From positions 137,456,001 through 137,520,000 of the forward strand of contig NC_086097.1 of assembly GCF_963921235.1 (NCBI RefSeq): a stretch of DNA of 64,000 bases. Direction: 5' to 3'. The notes under the pieces were generated by a model. It made no database searches. It saw only the letters and a program-made list of their open reading frames with translations, and was not told where the DNA came from. Of the stretch, positions 39,901-49,644 are shown one piece after another. Made by a program: the position numbers and the translations under genes. Position 1 is the stretch's first letter, and every line of letters starts with the position of its first letter. This stretch comes from Mobula hypostoma (taxonomy: Eukaryota).

Positions 39901-42146
39901 AATCTCAAGATTGTATATGGTATACATACTTCAATAATAAATGCACTTTGAACCTTGAAGCCAAAGGTGGTTACACAAATCCGAATTCAATTCACTGGAT
40001 CAGAGGAGATTCAATACAATGGTTGAAAATCACAAGGGAGAACATGGATACATTGTACAGTTTTGCTATATTACAAATGTTTGTATACATCTTCCCCATT
40101 TTCCTGTTCCCAAGTGACCAACTCTTGAAAACCCTAAACTGAAGTAACTTACTGATCGATTTCCCAGGATACAACTTTGCCTGTGGGTGACCAGGAACCA
40201 TTGTTTCATTTATCGCCCTCAGATTTTCTAATTCGCGTTTAATAATGTACTGTCGCTCTGCCATTGTTAGAAAATCATAGCTGTCATCTGAAAAAAAACA
40301 AATCTGTGTTTACACATTGTCTTTGCCATGATTTAATTTCATAAGGTCCTTCAAAATAACCTAACAAACAAGGTTTAAAACAAAGCCAAATATGCTAGGA
40401 TAGGCAATTGAAATATTAAGGAAGTAGGTCTTAAAATGCATCATTCAGGAAAAAGGGGGGAATACAAGGCCAATTATGGAGAAAATTTCAGAGATTGGGC
40501 ACAAAAAATTCAGACATATATAAATAACTGGGATATGCAAGAAATCATCATTGAGAGACTGCAGATACATCATTGTTTTCTAATGGCTGCTAAAGACTTC
40601 ACTCCCCCATCACTGATCTTGTCCCACAACCAATGCACTCCCTTTATCTCATGTTCTTGATATTTATTGCTTATTTACTATTATTTTTTCTCTTTTGTAT
40701 TTGCAGTTTGATGTCGTTTACACATTGGTTGTTTTCCATTCCATGGGTATGGTCCTTCATTGATTCTACTGTGTTTCTTAGATATACTGTTTAGGCTAGC
40801 AAGAAAATGAATCTCAGAGTTGTATATGGTGAGATATATATATGTGACACACACACACTTTGATAATAAATTTACTTTGGATTTTAAACCTCTATTTCTG
40901 TAGAGGAAACTGAAAATCAGAATGAGAGTTTTACTCTAAATTGAGATATTACCATGCTGGGAACACCCCAAATGCCAATTGAGGTATTACCACTAGAATT
41001 CTGTAACTACCCAAGCCCAGCAGCACTGGCTCAATTCCTTTATAGAGAACTTCTATAATTTCCAAACCATATGCTGCTAAAGATCTTTTTAAATGACAAC
41101 TTACGTGAGAAGTATTTGTAGTTTTCTTTGTTTTGGTAAGAAAAGGCTCTCATTGATCCATCCTGATACTCCTTAACTAAACTCAAGGCTTCGGCTCCCA
41201 CCAATAATCTTCTCCAAGACGCTCCAATAAGATACACGCGAGTTTTCTCAGCTTGGTCATCCAAGGGTCTAATATTCAAATCGGTTCCTTTGAAATAAAA
41301 GGACAAATTCTTCATCATTAGACAGCTGATGGTCAACCAGCCACGATACAACTTGCAAGTCTTTACTGGTTACAATAGGTACAATGTACTGACGTTATTT
41401 CAGATGATCACAAAGTCCAAGTGAGAGGTATTAACATAATGCTGATGCTGTCCATGCTAGACCGAATGGGTGTTATAAATGCAGGAACTTAAAATGCACA
41501 ACTTTAAAATCTTAGTAATTTTACCATAGTAAGTTGAAGGCTCTTGCAAGAACAGGGAAACTCGTCATCACCCCCTCCTGTACCCCACCAGTCATGCCTC
41601 CTAATCTAAGGAGCACTCACTTTCTTTATACTGTTTTTATCTGCTAGTATTTTATCCCCAACAGCATGACTTTTAGTTTTGGTTACTAATTTTTGTGGCA
41701 TCTTAAAGACTGTCTGAAAGTCCAAAATAAACTATATCAACCTGTTTTTAACTGTAATGTCAAAACATCCTGCTAACTATTTCTAAATACATTTTAAAAA
41801 TCTTCATCCCTGATATTTATTAAACTTAACTCACTTTTTCCTATATTTCTAGTAGTGTTTGCTGTCTATGCTTTATGTGTCTTACAACCTTCTCTCATTC
41901 TACCTTCCCTTTCTAGATTAAAGGTTCAATATGCATAATGATTATTATCAACCTTATTGCTTCAGACAGCATTATATGTTACATATGTACGTTATACTCA
42001 CCACCCAGGTATTTTCTCTCTTTGATCCTTTGCATGAGCCATTCTGTCGTCTCATTTTGTGTCTCTTTGGCAAATTTTAGTACCACCAGTGGGGTGAAAG
42101 TAAACTCAATGTCTTCAGAAATAGAGCTGTTTCTTTTCATTTTCAT
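824..42146 (-). CDS. ANO10: Anoctamin-10 (TMEM16K), Ca2+-activated ER phospholipid scramblase; spliced CDS join(42146-42002, 41287-41105, 40287-40153, 37848-37729, 29551-28982, 24828-24773, 23081-23007, 18790-18608, 17987-17796, 13853-13725, 7338-7222, 910-824)
   Basis: The exon translations match ANO10 motifs ([65 protein letters not shown]). All introns are GT-AG and the phases are consistent. Total length is 1992 nt, or 663 aa plus stop. Exon sizes 135/120/570/56/75/183/192/129/117 match the human ANO10 sizes as I recall them. Confidence 0.96.
1078..1880 (+). mobile_element. Non-autonomous Tigger/pogo-like DNA transposon, copy 1
   Basis: TIRs (a)agtagattctggttaactggg and ccgaattaactagaattcacta, then TA. 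Internal sequence matches 14284-15091 in reverse orientation. Confidence 0.7.
4650..6435 (-). mobile_element. Decayed CR1 LINE 3' part, interrupted by another repeat at ~5075-5735
   Basis: RT remnants ([24 protein letters not shown]) and a CR1-type 3' tail at 4650-4700. Confidence 0.7.
7222..7338 (-). CDS. ANO10: ANO10 exon 12 (117 nt)
   Basis: [39 protein letters not shown]; bounded by cttgcag| and |gtaaga. Confidence 0.96.
7545..8435 (+). mobile_element. Penelope-like element fragment (GIY-YIG C-terminus) with an inverted tail copy at its 5' side
   Basis: THFNS...[19 protein letters not shown]; hammerhead-like motifs at 7646-7680 (minus) and 8350-8385 (plus). Confidence 0.8.
11645..12599 (+). 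mobile_element. Young 5'-truncated Penelope-like element with an uninterrupted GIY-YIG endonuclease domain
   Basis: ORF 11882-12208 reads [40 protein letters not shown]. The 14-bp TSD cttggtatgacctt lies at 11631-11644 and 12600-12613. Confidence 0.92.
12502..12537 (+). ncRNA. Minimal type I hammerhead ribozyme motif in a Penelope tail
   Basis: agtc-CTGACGA-agggtctcggcct-GAAA-c-GTC-gact. Stem I is AGUC/GACU, the conserved core is complete, the triplet is GUC, and stem III is the loopless palindrome ACGU. Confidence 0.75.
13725..13853 (-). CDS. ANO10: ANO10 exon 11 (129 nt)
   Basis: [43 protein letters not shown]; bounded by tttacag| and |gtaagt. Confidence 0.96.
14284..15091 (-). mobile_element. 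Non-autonomous Tigger/pogo-like DNA transposon, copy 2
   Basis: TA-flanked TIRs aagtggattccagttaattgg and tcaattaactggaatccattg. The remnant [13 protein letters not shown] resembles a Tigger transposase C-terminus. Confidence 0.72.
15244..15525. mobile_element. ~80-bp hAT-like MITE followed by a V-SINE-like element (minus)
   Basis: Ends ggaggttcccaac...aacccctg; a similar MITE lies at ~50966-51043. The SINE core is tttggaatgtgggaggaaaacctgagcac. Confidence 0.5.
15690..17415 (-). mobile_element. Internally deleted Rex1/Babar-like LINE
   Basis: Endonuclease remnant ([14 protein letters not shown]), [14 protein letters not shown], 3' [22 protein letters not shown], and a gattctga tail. Confidence 0.75.
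17796..17987 (-). CDS. ANO10: ANO10 exon 10 (192 nt)
   Basis: [64 protein letters not shown]; the acidic Ca2+-site residues are retained; bounded by cacag| and |gtgagt. Confidence 0.97.
18608..18790 (-). CDS. ANO10: ANO10 exon 9 (183 nt)
   Basis: [28 protein letters not shown]...EGEMDRYL; bounded by attatag| and |gtatgc. Confidence 0.94.
19718..19937 (+). mobile_element. tRNA-derived SINE with (TTC)n tail
   Basis: A box TGGCGTAGTGG, B box GTTCGAATC. TSD ctatagcaaga at 19702-19712 and 19938-19948. Confidence 0.85.
21320..21658 (-). mobile_element. Young CR1 LINE 3' end
   Basis: [11 protein letters not shown]...[15 protein letters not shown]; a near-identical reverse complement of ~47430-47775; (tctatgt) tail. 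Confidence 0.9.
21820..22385 (-). mobile_element. Rex1/Babar-like LINE 3' end
   Basis: [34 protein letters not shown]; tail gataataaac...ttttgag. Confidence 0.75.
23007..23081 (-). CDS. ANO10: ANO10 exon 8 (75 nt; not in the ORF track)
   Basis: [25 protein letters not shown]; bounded by tttccag| and |gtaagt. Confidence 0.95.
24278..24533 (+). mobile_element. tRNA-derived SINE with RTE/BovB-like 3' region
   Basis: B box GGTTCGAATCC; head and body shared with the 19718 SINE; gaaggcaatggcaaaccactgc; (ctttc) tail. TSD cataggcc at 24270-24277 and 24534-24541. Confidence 0.8.
24773..24828 (-). CDS. ANO10: ANO10 exon 7 (56 nt; not in the ORF track)
   Basis: (E)[18 protein letters not shown]; bounded by tttgtag| and |gtaagt. 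Confidence 0.94.
25048..26583 (+). mobile_element. 5'-truncated CR1 LINE (RT pseudogene)
   Basis: [64 protein letters not shown]; frameshifts and stops; (tttctatg)n tail; probable TSD tagtta. Confidence 0.93.
28982..29551 (-). CDS. ANO10: ANO10 exon 6 (570 nt)
   Basis: [21 protein letters not shown]...WEDYDKY...[10 protein letters not shown]...YAAEWLTSW; bounded by cattgtag| and |gtaagt. Confidence 0.97.
29910..30190 (-). mobile_element. V-SINE-like (HE1-type) element
   Basis: Minus-strand core tgtgtggagtttgcatgttccccctgtgaccacatgggtttcc. A similar plus-strand copy lies at ~60730-60890. Confidence 0.65.
32672..33000 (+). mobile_element. Decayed CR1 3' end
   Basis: gagagttgtgggggcctggaatgcgctg...ggccctgttgctgtgttatac, the same tail as the other CR1 copies. 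Confidence 0.7.
33790..33997. mobile_element. Fold-back made of two inverted Penelope tail fragments
   Basis: cacacaaagtgct...ctcagcaggtcaggcagcatc...gtcgatgtttcagg is mirrored by cccgaaacatggactg...gatgctgcctgacctgctgag...tgtgtgt. Confidence 0.75.
34050..34590 (-). mobile_element. CR1 RT fragment
   Basis: [24 protein letters not shown]...[11 protein letters not shown]. Confidence 0.8.
34871..36180. mobile_element. Mariner-derived fold-back MITE interrupted by a solo LTR
   Basis: TA|cgaggggtgattgata ... tatcagtcacccctcg|TA. Both arms carry the mariner C-terminal motif ([20 protein letters not shown] in the left arm). Confidence 0.88.
35277..36103 (+). mobile_element. Solo LTR (827 bp), Gypsy- or ERV-type
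   Basis: Ends TGTGACG...CGTAACA. 4-bp TSD gttg at 35273-35276 and 36104-36107. TATA-like gataaaa at ~35475 and AATAAA at ~36015. Confidence 0.88.
36230..36950 (+). mobile_element. Rex1/Babar-like LINE 3' fragment
   Basis: [41 protein letters not shown]; tail aataaacccgattctga. Confidence 0.8.
37729..37848 (-). CDS. ANO10: ANO10 exon 5 (120 nt; not in the ORF track)
   Basis: [39 protein letters not shown]; bounded by ttttatccag| and |gtaagt. Confidence 0.93.
39079..39752. repeat. 58-bp minisatellite, ~11.6 copies, in ANO10 intron 4
   Basis: Unit GCACTGAACTGGCTCCGTGACTGTGACCTGCAGCCACTGGGCTCCTGGACCGGCTAC(A/G), starting at 39079, 39137, 39195 and so on to 39717. Confidence 0.97.
40153..40287 (-). 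CDS. ANO10: ANO10 exon 4 (135 nt)
   Basis: [44 protein letters not shown]; bounded by ttttcag| and |gtaagt. Confidence 0.95.
41105..41287 (-). CDS. ANO10: ANO10 exon 3 (183 nt)
   Basis: [50 protein letters not shown]; bounded by tttcaaag| and |gtaagt. Confidence 0.93.
42002..42146 (-). CDS. ANO10: ANO10 first coding exon (exon 2; whole exon 42154-42002)
   Basis: Acceptor ttttcag|GAAGTGGAATG. Translates [48 protein letters not shown]. Donor GTGAGT at 42001-41996. An alternative in-frame ATG lies at 42140. Confidence 0.92.
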
Positions 42147-42269
42147 TCCACTTCCTGAAAAGGTAAATAAAGGCAGAACAGTTATTAAACCACAAGGAGA
42201 TGGGCTATTCTGATAGCAGCAGATTCCCACAAATGTAAGATTGGATTCCCACTCCAACTAGTGTCTTGG

Positions 42270-42790
42270 TCATAGAATCAAAAAGTCAATTGGTCCAAGC
42301 TGACCAAAATTCCCATCCATGCTAGTTCCATATCGATCTAAACATATCCTATTGAAGTACATGTCCAAACGTCCTTTAAAAGTTGTTAATCTACCTGCCT
42401 CAACCACTTCCTCTAATAGCTCATTCCATATACTGACCACTCTGAGTGGGAAAAGTTGCCCTTCAGGTTAAATCCTTCCTCCCTTACCTTAACCCTCTGT
42501 CCTCCAGTTCTCAATTCCCCAGGCCTGGGAAAAAATGAGTACATTCACCTTATCTATACCCTTCATGATTTTATACACCTCTATAAGATCATCCCACATT
42601 CTCTAGCCTGTTCAATCCCCTTCCATAATATCAGTCCTTTGAATCCTAGTAACATCCTTGCAAATGTCCTCTGCATTTATTTTTTTTAAAAAACTGTTTA
42701 ATTGCATCATTCCCATAGCAGGGTGACCAAAACGGAACACAATATTCCATATGCAGTCTCATCAACAACTTGTACAACTGCAATATAAAA
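42270..42790 (-). mobile_element. Decayed CR1 3' fragment
   Basis: CR1-like tail, including tttatacacctctataagatc (reverse of LIEVYK). Confidence 0.6.
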
Positions 42791-43809
42791 TCATGAAACA
42801 TGAAATCTTAACTTAGTTACAAGCATGAGAGAATCTGCAGATGCTAGAAATCCATGCAGCACACACAAAATGCCAGAGGAACTCTGCAGACCGGGCAGCA
42901 TTTATGGAAAAGAGTACAGTCGACGCTTCAGGCCGAAACCCTCCAGCGGTATTTCTTAACCTAGTTGTTCGCAGGTGGGACAGATTGTTTCTGGATAGCA
43001 CTGAGGAGAGAGGGAAGTGCAAAAAAGAAATGCTCTCAATGAGACATGAGCATTGTTTTCACTCAAATTAATCCCCACCAATATCAGCATATCATGCTAC
43101 CAACCATTACATTTAGAGCCGAGTTAAAGAGCTGTTCAGAGCCAACATCTCCTATGCTTCAGGTATGAAGGACACATGAAAGATTTAGCCATGCATAAAA
43201 CTGAGGCTCATCATGCCTCTCGAGTGAGGAATATCATTGGAACCACAATTGTACTCAGATGAAAGCCACCTTTAAATGCTTATGTTACAATTGTAATTAC
43301 AAAAATAAAATTCTATGGGTGCCAGAAATTGGAAATAAAAATAAAAAATGCTGTAAACTCTTAGGTCAGACAGCATATGTGGAGAGAGAAAAGAAAATTA
43401 ATGTTTCAGTTCTGACGAAGTTCTTTATCCTGAAATGATAACTATTTTTTCTCTCCACAGATGCCTGCTGAATATTTCCAGCATTTTGTGTTTTATTTCA
43501 GAATTTTAGAATCAGCAATTTCTTGATTTTCATTTACCTTTTTTTAGGGGTACGTTAGCAGAGCAGGTTTTTGACCTAAAATATATCTCCCTCACCTGTT
43601 GAGCAATTCTTCAATTGAAAAAACAAGAAATGTTGCCAATGGAGCAACTCATTCAGCTCTCCAAGTGATCAGACATTTTCAGAATGCACATTAATTTGTG
43701 CTAATATACCTTATCTGTGAATGAACGAAGCATTTTTTTTAAAAAAAAGCTTAAATGATAATACTAAAAATCAAATGAAGCCTGAAAACACACTGTTGTT
43801 AACACTATA

Positions 43810-44510
43810 CCATAAGACATAGGAGTAGAATTAGGTCATCTAGTCTGTTCTGCGATCAAATCCATTCTCCTGCCTTCTCCCCAATAACCTTTGATGCTGT
43901 TACTAATCAACCTCCATTTTAAAAATATACAATGACTTGGCCTCCGCAGCCTTCTGTATCAATGAATTCCGCAGATTCATTACCATCTGACTAAAGAAAT
44001 TCCTCTATATTTCTGTTCTAAAGGAACGTCCTTCTATTCTGAGACTGTGCCTTCTGGTCAGAGATTCTTCTGCTATAGAAAACATCCCCTCTATGTCCAC
44101 TCTACCCAGATCTTTCAATATTCAATAGGCTTCAATGAGATCCTCTTTCATTCATTTGAACTCCAGTGAGTACAGGCTCAGAGCCATCAAACACTGCTCA
44201 CACATTAACCCTTTCATTCCCAGGATAATTCTCATGAAACTCCTCTGGACCCTCTCCAATGCCAGCATATCCTTTCTTAGATAAGGGGTCCAAACCTCCT
44301 CACAACTCCATATGCGGTCTGACCAACGTCTTCTAAAGACTCAACATTACATACTTGCTTTTATATTCTAATCCTCTCCAAATGAATGCTAATGTTGTAT
44401 TTGCCTTCCTTACAATTGACTTAACCTACAAATTAACTTTTGCACCTCTGATTTCTGAATTTGCTCTCCATTTAGAAAATAGTCTACACCGTTATTCCTT
44501 CTACCAAAGT
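43810..44510 (-). mobile_element. CR1 3' fragment
   Basis: RT C-terminus and 3' UTR on the minus strand; gtaggttaagtcaattgtaaggaaggcaaat; ccataagacataggagtagaattagg tail. Confidence 0.7.
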
Positions 44511-47500
44511 GCATGAGACAATCATTCCCACAGTTCTGATCAAAAAACTCCAAAACCTGGGCCTCTGCACCTCCCCCTGCAACTGGATCCTCAATTTCCT
44601 CACCAGGAAATCACAGTCCGTGCTGATCGGATATAACATTATCAGCAAAGTGACGATCAACACTGACACACCTCAGGGATATATGCTTAGCTTACTGCTC
44701 TACTCTCTCTATACACATGATTGTGTGGCTAGGCACAACTCAAAAGCCACCTGTAAATTTGCCGATGACAACTATTGCTGGCAGGATTTCAGATGGTGAC
44801 AAAAAGGTGTACAGGATTGAGCTGGATCAGCTGGTTGAGTGGTGTCACAGCAACTCAGCATCAGCAAGACCAAAGAGTTGACTGTGGACTTCAGAAAGGG
44901 TAAGACGAGGGAATGCACACCAGTCACCATCGAGGAATCAGAACTGGAAAAGGGCGAACAATTTCAAGTTCCAGGGTGTCAATCTCTGAGGATCTATCCT
45001 GGGCCCAACTTATCAATCCAATTACAAAGAAGGCATGTTAGCAGCTTTATTTCATTCAGATTTGGTATGTCACCAAAGACACTCGTAGATTTCTATGGAT
45101 GTACTGTGGAGAACATTTTAACTGGCTGCACCACCATCCAGTATGGGGGCACAGAGTACAAGATTGAAAGAAGCTGCAGAAAGTTGTGAACAATATGGGT
45201 GGAAGTCAGGAACAGAAAGGGAGCAGTTACTCTACTGGGGGTATTCTATAGGCCCCCTGGTAGCAGCAGAGATACAGAGGAGCAGATTGGAAGGCAGATT
45301 TTGGAAAGGTGCAAAAATAACAGGGTTGTTATCATGGGTGACTTTAACTTCCCTAATATTGATTGGCACCTGATTAGTTCCAAGGGCTTAGATGGGGCAG
45401 AATTTGTTAAGTGTGTCCAGGACAGATTCCTGTCACAGTATGTGGACAGGCCGACTAGGGGGAATGCCATACTAGATCTAGTACTAGGTAATGAACCGGG
45501 TCAGGTCACAGATCTCTCAGTGGGTGAGCATCTGGGGGACAGTGACCACCGCTCCCTGGCCTTTAACATTATCATGGAAAAGGATAGAATCAGAGAGGAC
45601 AGAAATTTTTTAATTGGGGAAGGGCAAATTATGAGGCTAGAAGGCTAGAACTTGCAGGTGTGAATTGGGATGTTGTTTTTGCAGGGAAATGTACTATGGA
45701 CATGTGATCGATGTTTAGCGATCTCTTGCAGGATGTTAGGGATAAATTTGTCCCAGTGAGGAAAATAAAGAGTGGTAGGGTGAAGGAACCATGGGTGACA
45801 AGTGAGGTGGAAAATTTAGTCAGGTGGAAGGCGGCAGCATACATGAGGTTTAGGAAGCAAGAATCAGATGGGTCTATTGAGGAATATAGGGAAGCAAGAA
45901 AGGAGCTTAAGAAGGGGCTGAGAAGAGCAAGAAGGGGGCATGAGAAGGCCTTGGCAAGTAGGGTAAAGGAAAACCCCAAGGCATTCTTCAATTATGTGAA
46001 GAAAAAAGGATGACAGGAGTGAAGGTAGGACCAATTAGAGGTAAAGGTGGGAAGATGTGCCTGGAGGCTGTGGAAGTGAGTGAGGTCCTCAATGAATACT
46101 TCTCTTCGGTATTCACCAATGAGAGGGAACTTGATGATAGTGAGGACAATATGAGTCAGGTTGATGTTCTGGAGCATGTTGATATTAAGGGAGAGGAGGT
46201 GTTGGAGTTGTTAAAATACATTAGGACGGGTAAGTCCCCGGGGCCTGACGGAATATTTCCCCAGGCTGCTCCACGAGGCAGGGGAAGAGATTGCTGAGCC
46301 TCTGGCTAGGATCTTCATGTCCTCGTTGTCCACGGGAATGGCACCGCAGGATTGGAGGGAGGCGAATGTTGTCCCCTTGTTCAAAAAAGATAGTAGGGAT
46401 AGTCCGGGTAATTGTAGACCAGTGAGCCTTACGTCTGTGGTGGGAAAGCTGTTGGAAAAGATTCTTAGAGATAGGATTTATGGGCATTTAGAGAACCATG
46501 GTCTGATCAGGGACAGTCCGCATGGCTTTGTGAAGGGCAAATCGTGTCTAACAAGCCTGATAGAGTTCTTTGAGGAGGTGACCAGGCATATAGATGAGGG
46601 TAGTGCAGTAGATGTGATCTATATGGATTTTAGTAAGGCATTTGACAAGGTTCCACACGGTAGGCTTATTCAGAAAATCAGAAGGCATGGGATCCAGGGA
46701 AGTTTGGCCAGGTGGATTCAGAACTGGCTTGTCTGCAGAAAGCAGAGGGTCATGGTGGAGGGAGTACATTCAGATTGGAGGATTGTGACTAGTGGTGTCC
46801 CACAAGGATCTGTTCTGGGACCTCTACTTTTCGTGATTTTTATTAACGACCCGGATGTTGGGGTAGAAGGGTGGGTTGGCAAGTTTGCAGACAACACAAA
46901 GGTTGGTGGTGTTGTAGATAGTGTAGAGGATTGTCAAAGATTGCAAAGAGATATTGATAGGATTCAGAAGTGGGCTGAGAAGTGGCAGATGGAGTTCAAC
47001 CCAGAGAAGTGTGAGGTGGTACATTTTGGAAAGACAAACTCCAAGGCAGAGTACAAAGTAAATGGCAGGATACTTGGTAGTGTGCAGGAGCAGAGGGATC
47101 TGGGGGTACATGTCCATAGATCCCTGAAAGTTGCCTCACAGGTGGATAGGGTAGTTAAGAAAGCTTATGGGGTGTTAGCTTTCATAAGTCGAGGGATAGA
47201 GTTTAAGAGTCACGAGGTAACGATGCCGCTCTATAAAACTCTGGTTAAGCCACACTTGGAGTATTGTGTCCAGTTCTGGTCGCCTCACTATAGGAAGGAT
47301 GTGGAAGCATTGGAAAGGGTACAGAGGAGATTTACCAGGATGCTGCCTGATTTAGAGAGTATGCATTATGATCAGAGATTAAGGGAGCTAGGGCTTTACT
47401 CTTTGGAGAGAAGGAGGATGAGAGGAGACATGATAGAGGTGTACAAGATAATAAGAGGAATATAGAGTGGATAGCCAGCGCCTCTTCCCCAGGGCACCAC

Positions 47501-48020
47501 TGCTCAATACAAGAGGACATGGCTTTAAGGTAAGGGGTGGGAAGTTCAAGGGGGATATTAGAGGAAGGTTTTTTACTCAGAGAGTGGTTGGTGCATGGAA
47601 TGCACTGCCTGAGTCAGTGGTGGAGGCTGATACACTAGTGAAGTTTAAGAGACTACTAGACAGGTATACGGAGGAATTTAAGGTGGGGGCTTATATGGGA
47701 GGCAGGGTTTGAGGGTCGGCACAACATTGTGGGTCAAAGGGCCTGTACTGTGCTGTACTTTTCTATGTTCTATGTTCTATTAACTCAGTCAGCTCCATCA
47801 TGGATACTAGCCTCTTCAGCAATGAGGACACCTTCAAGGAGCACTGACTCAAAAAGATGGCATCCTTCATTAAGGACACCCCCCCCCCAATTACCCAGGG
47901 CACGCCCTCCACTCTTTGCTACCTTCACAGAGGAGGTACAGGAGCCTGAAGGAACATACTCAACAATTCAGGAATAGTTTCTTCCCCCCTGCTATCAGAT
48001 TTCTGAATGGACATTGAACC
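44510..48020 (+). mobile_element. Rex1/Babar-like LINE fragment split by a CR1 insertion
   Basis: TIIPTVLIKKLQNLGL...TPQGYMLSLLLYSLYTHDC..KFADD. The left part ends aagctgcagaaagttgtgaac (~45191) and the element resumes aactcagtcagctccatc (~47782). Confidence 0.8.
45192..47778 (+). mobile_element. Young CR1 LINE: endonuclease C-half plus RT, 5'-truncated, few lesions
   Basis: LGVFYRPP...IMGDFNFPNIDW...GNAILDLVL...GDSDH. The 382-aa RT ORF 46317-47465 has [21 protein letters not shown] and FADNTK. (ttctatg) tail. Confidence 0.96.
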
Positions 48021-48795
48021 CAAGAAGTAGTTTGATAGCCCTTTGTAAATACCTGGTTTTCTGCATTAATTACTCATAAAATATGGTCTCATCTTCCTCT
48101 GGGCACAATAATACACAAACACAATCTGCCTAAACCAATTACACACAAACAATTGTACATCTCGTCAATACCGAGTACACCATTTAAACAATCACAGCCT
48201 AAGCTCAAAGGTGTATGTGGATCTCAGGGGTAATGCCTTCTATAAAAGCTATCTGGAGTCAGGTGCGGCAATCAGTGAAATGAGATTGGGGGTGTGGGTT
48301 GTAGAGGTGTCCTGCCTTGTAAAAAAAAAAAGTCAGATACTGACAGAGCCTGCTTTTATCAAGAAAGATCTGTTTATTTGCACCATGCCTGGATCAAAAC
48401 AACTTCCAGAGGACCTTAGAGGAAGAATTGTAGAGATACATGAAGCTGAAAAAGACTATAAAAGCATTTCTAAAGACCAGAGTATCCAGTCCATTCCAGC
48501 TGTGAAGCACAGTTGAAGGATCATCATGATTTGGGGCTGCTTTGCTGCCTTAGGGTCTGAACAGCTTGTATTCCTTGAGGGAGCAATGAATTGAAAATTG
48601 TGTCAAGCCACTTTACAGGAGAATGTCAGGGTGGTGGTCCATCATCTGAAGCTGACAGCTAACAGAAGTTGGATGATGCAACAAGACAATGATCTAAAAC
48701 ACAAGAGTAAATCAACAACAGAATGGTTTAAAAACAAGAAAATCTTTTGTTTTGAAATGGCCACATCACAGTCCAGACCTTAACCCAATTAAGAT

Positions 48796-49602
48796 CACAA
48801 AATACTCTGCAGATGCAACATTCACAACATGCTGGAGGAGCTCAGCAAGTCGGGCAGCATCCATGGAAACGATCAGTCAATGTTTCAGGCCGGAACCCTT
48901 TGTCAGGACTGAAGAGGGAAGTGGCAGAGGCCCTATAAAGAAGGTGGGGCGGGGGGAGGGTGGAAAGGAGAAGGCTGGTAGGTTCCAGGTGAAAAACCAG
49001 TAAGGGGAAAAATAAAGGGGTGGGGGAGGGGAAGCAGGGAGGGGATAGGCAGGAAAGGTGAAGAAGGAATAGGGGAAAACACAATGGGTAGTAGAAGGAG
49101 GCAGAACCATGAGGGAGGTGATGGGCAGCTGGGGGAGCAGGCAGAGTGACATAGGGATAGAGGAAGGGAGGGGGAGGGAATTACCGGAAGTTGGAGAATT
49201 CTATGTTCATACCAAGGGGCTTGAGACTACCTAGACGGTATATGAGGTGTTGCTCCTCCCCCTCCCTTCACCGATCCCTATTTCACTCTGCCCCCTCCCC
49301 CAGCTGCCTATCACCTCCCTCATAGTTTCACGTCCTTCTACTACCCATTGTTTTCCCCTATTCTTTCTTCAACTTTCCTGCCTATCACCTCCCTGCTTCC
49401 CCTCCCCCACCCCTTCATTTTTCCCCTTGCTGGTTTTTCACCTGGAACCTACCAACCTTCTCCTTCCCACCCTCCCCCCACCTTCTTTATAGGGCCTCTG
49501 CCCCTTCCCTCTTCAGTCCTGACAAAGGGTTCTGGCCCGAAACGTTGACTCATCTTTTCCACGGATGCTGCCTGTCCTGCTGAGTTCCTCCAGCGTGTTG
49601 TG
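48796..49602. mobile_element. Penelope-derived fold-back (inverted tails) inserted in the Tc1 element
   Basis: Arms ~48820-49175 and ~49258-49602 are reverse complements. TSD aacccaatt(a/g)agat at 48782-48795 and 49603-49616. Hammerhead-like motifs at ~48875-48910 (minus) and ~49514-49550 (plus). Confidence 0.88.
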
Positions 49603-49644
49603 AACCCAATTGAGATGCTGTGGCATGACCTGAAGAGGGCAAGG

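Noticed and set aside
46317..47465. 382-aa ORF as a host gene or active reverse transcriptase
   Set aside because: It is CR1 ORF2, 5'-truncated, with frameshifts on both sides and FADN in place of the catalytic FADD.
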